Source of the DNA: Macrostomum lignano
Taxonomy: Eukaryota
DNA: 33,177 bases
Assembly (NCBI GenBank): GCA_002269645.1
Contig: NIVC01002237.1
Coordinates: 1 to 33,177 of the forward strand
Direction: 5' to 3'
Part shown: in pieces, positions 12,246-21,209 of the stretch
How the letters are laid out: the number at the start of each line of letters is the position of its first letter
Numbering within the stretch: position 1 is the stretch's first letter
Notes under the pieces: model-generated
What the model was told of the DNA's origin: nothing
What the model saw: the letters and a program-made list of their open reading frames with translations, nothing else
Database searches by the model: none
Program-made: the position numbers and the translations under genes

Positions 12246-12662
12246 GTACGCAGATTAATAAATTTGACGAGCCTATTTTTGCGTATCAGAAAGCAAGTTA
12301 ACTAACGAGTGCAGCATACAAGGCGATTCGTAGAATTTATATTTCATGCATGAAGTTTAGTTCGTGACATGGGCCGCTTTCATGAGCTCGAAAAGCAACA
12401 AGCAAGACGTGTCGACGATATGAATTTTCGAGCTTATGAAACGTTCCCTTCACCTCAAGAACCCAGACTGTCATGTCCAATATCCAACCCGCTCGCACAG
12501 ACTCTGACATCTTCATCTCTCCAGTGCCTCTCTCTTGAAACTATAGCCGAGCAGCCGCAGGGGCACTCAGTAAATAACTAAGCTAAATATTAGCCAGCAA
12601 AAAGATCGCCACAAGAAAAGCAATAAAAATAAGCTTGCCCGACATTTCTGCTTCTATTCCAG

Positions 12663-12680
12663 CCGAGCAAAGTGCGCCGC
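12663..12680 (+). CDS. Candidate 18-nt alternative microexon at PMCA splice site A
   Basis: CATTTCTGCTTCTATTCCAG|CCGAGCAAAGTGCGCCGC|GTGAGT. Frame-preserving and stop-free in phase 1 (adds A-E-Q-S-A-P, and the following D becomes H). No transcript evidence. Confidence 0.5.
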
Positions 12681-13234
12681 GTGAGTAGAGCCTGGTAGGG
12701 TTGTCCGCAATCCGCCAGGCTGCCTAATCAGTCAATGATATATAGTTTTATTTTAGTTGAACATCCTTAATTAGTACGAAGGTGTAGGAAGCGGCGGCAG
12801 TTCCGCCTATTTTTATCGAGTCCCGATTGATCGCATCTTAAAAAAGGCTTGCGCTTCACTTTTTTTGCCATGCTATAACTAATCATAATCACGGGGTCGC
12901 TCCCCCCGGGGCTTTGTATAGGGAAACACTAGCCGCTACTCAATGCTATGGTTTTGACTCTTTGTGACAGGGCGGATAAGGCTGAGCGAGGCTGCATCCC
13001 AGCTGATAGGGATAAAAAGCTAATGGGGATTAAGAGGATGGATGGAGTAGAGAGAGAAGGAAAGCATGAAGCATGAAGGAAGGAAAATGAAGGAAAGCAT
13101 TTTTTAGAATTATCTAGATGTAGCTCGTAGTGAGCACTAGCTATTATTTGAGCTGGCTTTGAGTTAAAGACGCAGTAAAGTATTGAGGGGCAAGCAAAGG
13201 ACATGCCTGCAAAGAATTTGGCTAGGATAGACAA

Positions 13235-13402
13235 GCACAGACCATCAACATACAGGCACAGACCATCAGCATACAGGCACAGACCATCAACATACAGGCA
13301 CAGACCTTCAACATACAGGCACAGACCATCAACATACAGGCACAGACCGTCAGCATACAGGCACAGACCTTCAACATACAGGCACAGACCGTCAAATTAC
13401 AG
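13235..13402. repeat. 21-bp minisatellite (GCACAGACCATCAACATACAG), intron 4
   Basis: About 8 copies. Confidence 0.92.
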
Positions 13403-13409
13403 GAAAATA

Positions 13410-13972
13410 CACAGAAAAAGACACATAAACAGACACAGACACAGACACTAGCGCAGACACAGACAAAGACACAGACATGGCACAGACACAGACACAGATA
13501 CAGACATGGCACAGACACAGACACAGATACAGACATGGCACAGACACAGATACAGACATGGCACAGACACAGATACAGACATGGCACAGACACAGATACA
13601 GACATGGCACAGACACAGATACAGACATGGCACAGACACAGATACAGACATGGCACAGACACAGACACAGATACAGACATGGCACAGACACAGATACAGA
13701 CATGGCACAGACACAGATACAGACATGGCACAGACACAGATACAGACATGGCACAGACACAGACACAGATACAGACATGGCACAGACACAGACACAGATA
13801 CAGACATGGCACAGACACAGACACAGATACAGACATGGCACAGACACAGACACAGATACAGACATGGCACAGACACAGATACAGACATGGCACAGACACA
13901 GACACAGATACAGACATGGCACAGACACAGATACAGACATGGCACAGACACAGACACAGACATGGCACAGAA
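13410..13972. repeat. 23/29-bp minisatellite (GGCACAGACACAG[ACACAG]ATACAGACAT), intron 4
   Basis: Units differ by one ACACAG hexamer; source of the overlapping MAQTQ/HRHR/TDTD ORFs. Confidence 0.95.
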
Positions 13973-15173
13973 ATAACAATTCCAACATCGATCCGCAATG
14001 CTCAGAATTGGTTTCAGAGGCAGCTTATTGGCCTGTGGGCAATAAATGAGGTACCCATAGGCAATAGAATGCAGCACAGCCGAGCGGAGGCCCAGATTCC
14101 TGCCAAAGTCAAATCAAGGCAAATTACTTGAGAAGATTTTGGCCCAACTAGCAGCAGCTGATTCATTCGAGTGTGCTCGGGGATTAAGGATGGGGCAAGG
14201 CAGCAGCGGGGATTTAATCCTATTCTCGACAGCTTTGTCTGCTCTGTCGCCCCCACCCCCGGCATTGGCAGCTGAGTTGAGTAGCCAAATGAAAGGGAAA
14301 TAATGATTTTGGCGCAATATTATGCGTCGAGAATGGCCCTGACGGGATGGGAAAACGGAACAAGCTCAAGCCTTGCTGGCCGAACATTTTCCTCATGGCC
14401 TATTTGGCCAGGCAGTGGGCTAGAAATCCCATGCGAATTCTCCCCCTTGCCCCATCGCAACCTGCCAGCCCATGCGGCAGCAAAGCCTGGTTGCCCTGGA
14501 ATGAGTCGAGGGATTAATTTTCTACCGACTGCACGCACACCTTCTTCGTTGGCTCTGCCTCCTCCGTTCCCCTCTCTCTCTTCTGAATCTTTTTTCCGGC
14601 GTCTCAGGCTGAACACCCCCCCCAGCATGCAGTTTTTGTTATCCCTTAATTCTGATGCCGAATTAATTACCGATCCGCTGGCTAAAAATATCCCCACACG
14701 GGAATTTGCCCCCCTCCCGGACATAAGTTTGTCTGCTCTTCAACTAACGCCTCGAACACATGCAGCTCACCCCCCTTCCCTGTGCTCAATATTAGTTCTC
14801 AGCTCAGGTCTGACTGAGGCGCGGCTAAATCTCCAACTAGAATAATTATATTGTTGAAGCGTGAAACATCTTTGTGTTTTCTCCAACTAAAACAGCAGTA
14901 AAGCTACTTAAAGTAGCTTGTTATTCTTGCTGTGTATTATTTACAATTCGATTTAAATGATTTCTAGACGTGAATTAGCAGTGGACACAGAGAAATTTAC
15001 AACACTATATCGATTTGAAGTGTACTGAGTGATCTTCTGAAAATTTTAATGCTTATTGCACGAGCTCTGTTGCCAATGCGTTTTGGTATATTTTTGTTCC
15101 GCCATTTCCTAGCAAACTGTGCCTTCGAATATATGTTTGAAGTGTTTGCTCATCAGTTTATTTATAAAGCAAT

Positions 15174-15512
15174 CTGTCCCAGGTGCTGACACAGTTACCT
15201 GTCACAGGTGCTGACACAGTTACCTGTCCCAGGTGCTGACACAGTTACCTGTCCCAGGTGCTGACACAGTTACCTGTCCCAGGTGCTGACACAGTTACCT
15301 GTCCCAGGTGCTGACACAGTTACCTGTCCCAGGTGCTGACACAGTTACCTGTCCCAGGTGCTGACACAGTTACCTGTCCCAGGTGCTGACACAGTTACCT
15401 GTCCCAGGTGCTGACACAGTTACCTGTCCCAGGTGCTGACACAGTTACCTGTCCCAGGTGCTGACACAGTTACCTGTCCCAGGTGCTGACACAGTTACCT
15501 GTCCCAGGTGCT
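15174..15512. repeat. 25-bp minisatellite (GTCCCAGGTGCTGACACAGTTACCT), intron 4
   Basis: About 13.5 near-perfect copies, ending about 30 nt before the exon 5 acceptor. Confidence 0.97.
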
Positions 15513-15541
15513 TACAACTCGCCAATCCCTGCCCACGGCAG

Positions 15542-16075
15542 ATCCCGAAGCTGTACAGCTGACTGCTGTGAGCGGCGCCGCCGGTTCCTCGCCAGCCGGG
15601 GGCGACGGCGCCACCAATCACGTGGACGACGAAGAGAAGAAGAAGAAGTACTCGTCAAGCAAGGAGAAGAGCATCCTGCAGGCCAAGCTCACCAGCTTGG
15701 CCATCCGGATAGGCAACGTCGGCTCGCTGATCGGCGCTGTGACCTTCCTTGTCCTCATCATCAAGTACTGCGTGCTAACCTTCGCCCAGCCGCCAACCGG
15801 AGCCGGCCTGGAGTTTAACTTCACCCGCGACCTGCAGAAGTTTATCGACTTCGTCATCATCTCCGTCACCGTGATCGTGGTCGCCGTGCCCGAAGGCTTG
15901 CCGCTGGCTGTCACCCTCTCTCTGGCTTACTCAGTCAAGAAGATGATGAAGGACAACAACTTGGTGCGGCATCTGGACGCCTGCGAGACCATGGGCAATG
16001 CTACAGCAATCTGTTCAGACAAGACTGGCACTTTGACTACTAACAGGATGACTGCCGTTCAGGTGTACCTGGGAG
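15542..16075 (+). CDS. PMCA: PMCA coding exon 5 (TM3, TM4, phosphorylation site)
   Basis: Acceptor CCCACGGCAG|AT. Encodes [77 protein letters not shown], with PEGL and DKTGT motifs. Phase-1 donor G|GTGAGT at 16076. Confidence 0.96.
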
Positions 16076-16154
16076 GTGAGTGGCTGAAATTCACTCGACA
16101 AAGCCACCAAATTCACTCCCTTATCCCCTCGCCTTAATCTCTTAACCCCTTGAG

Positions 16155-16458
16155 AATCCCTTGTCCGAAATCCGCTGTCCAAAATCCCCTGTCTTAAATC
16201 CCATGTCCGAAATCCCGTCCGAAATCCCCTGTCCGAAATCCCCTGTCCGAAATCCCCTGTCTGAAATCCCCTGTCTTAAATCCCCTGTCTTAAATCCCAT
16301 GTCCGAAATCCCCTGTCCGAAATCCCCTGTCCGAAATCCCCTGTCCGAAATCCCCTGTCCGAAATCCCCTGTCCGAAATCCCCTGTCCGAAATCCCCTGT
16401 CCGAAATCCCCTGTCCGAAATCCCCTGTCCGAAGTCCCTGTCCGAAATCCCCTGTCCT
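16155..16458. repeat. 14-bp minisatellite (AAATCCCCTGTCCG), intron 5
   Basis: About 21 copies. Confidence 0.95.
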
Positions 16459-16648
16459 CTTTCCAGAATCACCTTGAAAACGTCAAATACTACGAGCTAA
16501 AATTCCACACTTCAACTCTCCTTAAGTTTTTACCGCATGAAAAAAAAAATTTTGCTTCCAAAATAAGAATCGAACCTGGGACTCATCGAATCAAAGCAAC
16601 AAAGATCGCCTGAATTACTCGAACTCGTTAATCATAATTCCACCGCAG

Positions 16649-16758
16649 GGGCCCTGGAGAAGAAGATTACCAAGAAGTACAGCGACTATCCCAAAGAGAT
16701 TAGCGAAATGCTTTGCAAAGCAATTTCAGTTAATAGCGGCTACACGTCGCGGATTTTG
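16649..16758 (+). CDS. PMCA: PMCA coding exon 6 (short, absent from the ORF track)
   Basis: Acceptor CACCGCAG|GG. Encodes GALEKKITKKYSDYPKEISEMLCKAISVNSGYTSRIL, matching PMCA ISINSAYTSKIL. Donor TTG|GTGAGC at 16759. The 110-nt length converts phase 1 to phase 0, as exon 7 requires. Confidence 0.9.
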
Positions 16759-17290
16759 GTGAGCCAATGTTCTGTTCATTTTCTTATTCCTCAAATTTGA
16801 CGATGCGGTCGGAATCAATTTTATTCCCAATTTTCTCTTTTTCCAAAGCGCTGCCTTTGTGGGCGATTGGCTGGGATTAGCAGGCTAAGACGGCCTCGAG
16901 GCAGACTGCTTGTTTAAGCTTTGAGCTTTTGTGTCGAAACCTGCAGTTCCTTCATCATTTCAGGTCTACCTGTAGCTTTAGCGAGAGTCATTGCACTGTG
17001 CGGAATTCTCTTTTTGAGCTAGATTAAGTCACAGTCGCTTGAGTCACAACTACTACTAAGAATCAATCCTACGGCTCGTAACTGATGATGCCCTGAAGCA
17101 ACCATGAACAATTCCTAGAAGGAACCTCAACAATGTCGAGCCAATCTTAACAATGTCATGAAGCGCCTCTAAAAATATCTCAAAAAATTGGGAAACGTCA
17201 CTTAAACTACATCCAGTATCATGATTTCAATGTACATTGCCTATATTGAACATCAACAAAATGTACATTATATTGAACATCAATGTACAG

Positions 17291-17746
17291 CCCGCCGAGG
17301 TGGCCAACGAGCTGCCCAAGCAAGTGGGCAACAAGACCGAATGCGCCCTGCTGGGCCTGGTGCTGGACCTCGGCAAGCACTATGACGACTACAGACGCGA
17401 GGTACCCGAGGAGGCCATCCACAAGATCTACACCTTCAACTCGGTGCGCAAGTCCATGACCACGGTGATCAATAGGCCCGGCGGCGGCTACATCCTGTTC
17501 TGCAAAGGCGCCTCCGAGATGGTCATGAGCAAGTGCGCGTTCATCCTGGACGGCCAGGGCCAGCCAAGGCCGTTCGGCAAGCCGGAGCAGGAGCAAATCG
17601 TCCGCCAGGTGATCGAGCCGATGGCCTGCGACGGTCTGCGTACGATTGGCATCGCTTTCAAGGAGTTCGTGCCGCGCGGCTCCGGCCAGCTGGGGCCCAA
17701 CGAGGTGCCTTTGGACGGCGAACCGGACTGGGACAATGAGGATCAG
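17291..17746 (+). CDS. PMCA: PMCA coding exon 7 (nucleotide-binding domain)
   Basis: Acceptor TGTACAG|CCC. Encodes QVGNKTECALLG..YTFNSVRKSMTTVI..CKGASEM..MACDGLRTI. Donor CAG|GTGAGT at 17747. Confidence 0.96.
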
Positions 17747-17819
17747 GTGAGTCACTTTTGGTGAATGAAAGAGATTGAGTGTTTAATTTGTAATGCCGTA
17801 CACTCTAAAGAGGTAGGCT

Positions 17820-18181
17820 GTTGTTTAGTAATTGGCGGCATGCAGACTTCAAATGGAGTGAGCGTGTTTGTTTTGTAAGACGGCAGACTTCAAAGGGAGT
17901 GAGCGTGTTTGTTTAGTAAGACGGCAGACTTCAAAGGGAGTGAGCGTGTTTGTTTAGTAAGACGGCAGACTTCAAAGGGAGTGAGCGTGTTTGTTTAGTA
18001 AGTCAGCAGACTTCAAAGGGAATAAGCGTGTTTGTTTAGTAAGTCGGCAGACTTCAAAGGGAATAAGCGTGTTTGTTTAGTAAGTCGGCAGACTTCAAAG
18101 GAAGTGACTTTGTTTGTTTAGTAAGTCGGCAGACTTCAAAGGAAGTGACTTTGTTTGTTTAGTAAGGTGGCAGGCTTCAAA
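17820..18181. repeat. 41-bp minisatellite (AGACTTCAAAGGGAGTGAGCGTGTTTGTTTAGTAAGACGGC), intron 7
   Basis: About 8-9 copies whose sequence drifts progressively along the array. Confidence 0.95.
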
Positions 18182-18256
18182 GAGATGCCGAGTGGCAAAT
18201 TCAGTCAGTTTTAAAAGCGTCCGCTTATCAATGGCTACTCATCCCGAAAACACCAG

Positions 18257-18499
18257 GTGGTGTCAAGGCTGACCTGCATCGGGGTCATCGGTATTGAGGA
18301 CCCGGTGCGGCCAGAGGTGCCCGCCGCTATTCGCAAATGCCAGAACGCCGGCATCTGCGTCCGCATGGTGACGGGAGACAACATCAACACGGCCCGGTCC
18401 ATCGCCACCAAGTGTGGCATTCTGAAACCGGGCGAAAATTTCCTTGTGCTGGAGGGCAAGGACTTCAACAAGCGAATTCGCGACCCCAACACTGGACAG
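18257..18499 (+). CDS. PMCA: PMCA coding exon 8
   Basis: Acceptor CACCAG|GTG. Encodes [52 protein letters not shown]. Donor CAG|GTGAGA at 18500. Confidence 0.96.
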
Positions 18500-19157
18500 G
18501 TGAGAATAGCCGGTAGATTCCTCGCTTGTTATTGGGATGAATGCAGAGCTTATTCAGTCCTCAAATCCGAAGCATTCTACCTAAAGGGTATGGACAATTC
18601 TCAGTTAGAAGGAAAAGGAAGCGTTTTTCCATTTTTAGAATTAAAAAATAGACATATGGATCGTTGTAAATCTAAAAAGCATGTGTTCTGTCTTAGGCGT
18701 TACTACGTGGGGCCCTTGAAAGAAACGAGGAAGCTGTTTCCGCGGTTTGTGGACTGGTCGCTTAGCCTGTTTGAGTCAGACCTTAAAGTAACACCTGTCC
18801 CCGGCACCTGGTACGCAAAGATACACTTCCTGGATAACCCGTACCCATGCAACAAGGCTAAGTGAAAAGTCAAGTCCAGCAATCCTAGGACTACCGGACT
18901 GCCTTGAAAACATGCGGTACGCAAATCCCTTGGATCGGCTTGTGAGTCAGCTTGGAGAAGGTTCCCCAGCCATTCCTGCATCAGAATAGAGGGGTTGCCG
19001 GTGTGTAGCATCGCAGATCTTAGCTCATGAGTCTGGCTGACAAGTTTGCGCGAGATGAATTCCCTTGACGCGGTCAACCAACGACCACTGAGCGAAATGC
19101 GTTACAGTGCCTAACGGCTAAAAATGAAAACATTATAATCACCTTCAACCTGCGCAG

Positions 19158-19544
19158 GTGACCCAGGACCGATTTGATCAGGTGTGGCCTCGGCTCCGCG
19201 TCCTTGCCCGCTCCTCGCCGCAGGACAAGTACACCCTAGTCTCCGGCATCATCGCCTCGAAGATTTCCGCCGGTCGCGAGGTTGTCGCCGTCACCGGCGA
19301 CGGCACCAACGACGGGCCGGCTTTGAAGAAAGCGGACGTCGGCTTTGCCATGGGCATCCAGGGTACTGACGTAGCCAAGGAGGCCTCCGACATCATTCTG
19401 ACTGACGACAACTTCTCCAGCATTGTCAAGGCCGTTATGTGGGGCCGCAACGTGTATGACTCGATCTCCAAGTTCCTGCAGTTCCAGCTAACTGTCAACG
19501 TTGTCGCTGTGGTTGTGGCCGTCTTCAGCGCCTGCGTCATCTCG
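19158..19544 (+). CDS. PMCA: PMCA coding exon 9 (hinge motif, TM5)
   Basis: Acceptor CTGCGCAG|GTG. Encodes [53 protein letters not shown]. Donor TCG|GTAGGG at 19545. Confidence 0.96.
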
Positions 19545-19590
19545 GTAGGGTTGAGATGCTCTGACATTGGGTACTGAGGTTGGGTATGGA

Positions 19591-19953
19591 TTTTTTTTTA
19601 GAGGCAGGGTCTGACAGGGACCCTGGCGCACTTTAAGCGACATTGTCACACAACCGGCGAGAGGCATTACTGCCCATTCTGCCGACTCCCCTGAGCAGGC
19701 ACACAAGCGCGCGGATACGTACGCAGTCACACGCACAGGCACACACTCATACAGGAGTGTACAGCGGCCCTAACTTTATTTATCGTTAGGCATTCACAGT
19801 GCCTTGGGGGTTGGCCCTCAAGGGCGTTGATTGCATGAGTAGAGCCAAGCCGAGGTTCCAATTTAGCTACAAATTAATGTGACTGCACTGGGAATCGAGC
19901 CTGGGCCGCTGGCACATAAGAGCGCCGCGCTAGACCACTGGGCTACGGCCCCC
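19591..19953 (-). mobile_element. tRNA-derived SINE-like element in intron 9
   Basis: The - strand head (19880-19953) reads GGGGCCGTAGCCCAGTGGTCTAGCGCGGCGCTCTTATGTGCCAGCGGCCCAGGCTCGATTCCCAG. It has an A-box-like TAGCCCAGTGG, a B-box-like GGCTCGATTCC, and its 3' half resembles tRNA-Glu. The D-arm does not pair, so it is not a functional tRNA. An A9 run at 19591-19599 is the possible tail, but the 3' boundary is uncertain. Confidence 0.55.
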
Positions 19954-20166
19954 TATAGGTGTGGATTCACTTTTTTATAACCTTAATGCTGTTACATGTA
20001 GATTTTTTTGTAACCCATGACAGGTTTCTTGAGTAAATTCGTTTCATTTTTATAGTAGATTCGAGTGTAGATTGGTGCATTTGAGTAGATTCGATGCACA
20101 CGTACTTACTTACATTGAGTGATCGTATGATCCGTACATTGACAAGTACATTGCCCGTCAAAACAG

Positions 20167-20380
20167 GACACGCCGCTGCGAGCCATCCAGATGCTGTGGG
20201 TGAACCTCATCATGGACACGCTGGCCTCTCTGGCCCTGGCAACTGAGCTGCCTAGCGACGAGCTGCTTGAGAGAAAGCCCTACGGCCGGACCAAGCCGCT
20301 GATTGACACCACCATGCTGAGGAATATTGTGGGCAATGCGCTTTACCAGCTGGTTATCACCTTCTTCCTGCTGTTCTGCG
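20167..20380 (+). CDS. PMCA: PMCA coding exon 10 (TM6-TM7)
   Basis: Acceptor AAACAG|GAC. Encodes [41 protein letters not shown]. Phase-1 donor G|GTAGGG at 20381. Confidence 0.95.
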
Positions 20381-20487
20381 GTAGGGAACCAACTTTTCTA
20401 TTGTAATTGCATGGAGTAGCCTATTGAGTAGTCAGACTAGTCATAACCTACTGTGCTACAATGACCTAATCCAATACCTATCTCTAG

Positions 20488-20690
20488 GCGACAAGATGAT
20501 TGACACGCCCATCGAGATTGGCAGCCGGGTCCCCACCGAGCACTTTACCGCTATATTTAACGCCTTCGTGCTGATGACTCTGTTCAACGAAATCAACGCC
20601 AGGAAGATTCACAACCAGCGGAACATCTTCTCGGGCCTGCAGCGCAACCTGCTGTTTGTGCTCATCTGGATCACCACCTTCGTTCTCCAG
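20488..20690 (+). CDS. PMCA: PMCA coding exon 11 (TM8-TM9)
   Basis: Acceptor TCTCTAG|GC. Encodes PTEHFTAIFNAFVLMTLFNEINARKIHNQRNIFSGL. Donor CAG|GTTAGT at 20691. Confidence 0.95.
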
Positions 20691-20865
20691 GTTAGTCAGT
20701 TTGCAGGGCCCATTGGGGCGCTGCCGCAAATCAAAGACTCGCAACCCGAGGGGAGGCGAGTAGTCACGCTCACACAGGGTGTACAGCGGCCCCGACTGTC
20801 TCATCGTTATTGAGTTTATTGAACCTTATTGAGTTATAAAAAGTGATCTTAATAAATTTCTGCAG

Positions 20866-20973
20866 ATTCTGATTGTCCAGTACGGCGGCATGGTGTTCAG
20901 AACGCGCGGTCTGGAGCTGAGCCACTGGCTCTGGTGCCTCTGCTTCGGTTTTGGCACCCTCGTCTGGCACCAG
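20866..20973 (+). CDS. PMCA: PMCA coding exon 12 (TM10)
   Basis: Acceptor TTTCTGCAG|ATT. Encodes ILIVQYGGMVFRTRGLELSHWLWCLCFGFGTLVWHQ. Donor CAG|GTGAGA at 20974. Confidence 0.94.
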
Positions 20974-21006
20974 GTGAGAGAGAATGCAAACTTTTTCCGA
21001 TTCTTA

Positions 21007-21209
21007 GTTACCTGGATGGGATTCTGTCAGCTGACACAAGTTACCTGGATGGGATTCTGTCAGCTGACACAAGTTACCTGGATGGGATTCTGTCAGCTGA
21101 CACAAGTTACCTGGATGGGATTCTGTCAGCTGACACAAGTTACCTGGATGGGGTTCTGTCAGCTGACACAAGTTACCTGGATGGGGTTCTGTCAGCTGAC
21201 ACAAGTTAC
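21007..21209. repeat. 33-bp minisatellite, left part (GTTACCTGGATGGG[A/G]TTCTGTCAGCTGACACAA)
   Basis: 6 full units plus GTTAC, then interrupted by the LINE tail. Confidence 0.97.

Noticed and set aside
13203-14131. MAQTQ, HRHR and Cys/Val-rich ORFs
   Set aside because: Artefacts of the ACACAG-based arrays.
9892-14478. Shared 15-mer GCCAGCCCATGCGGC in introns 3 and 4
   Set aside because: The similarity does not extend into the flanks, so it is too short to define a repeat family from this window.
16560-16625. B-box-like GGTTCGATTC on the - strand
   Set aside because: There is no convincing A box or cloverleaf; at most a decayed SINE fragment.
16076-17290. Apparent gap in PMCA coding sequence suggesting a pseudogene
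   Set aside because: The 110-nt exon at 16649-16758 fills the gap and restores phase; the assembled CDS has no stops or frameshifts.
19880-19953. Functional tRNA gene
   Set aside because: The D-arm and acceptor stem do not pair properly and the B box has GGCTCG instead of GGTTCG. It is better explained as a SINE head or tRNA pseudogene.
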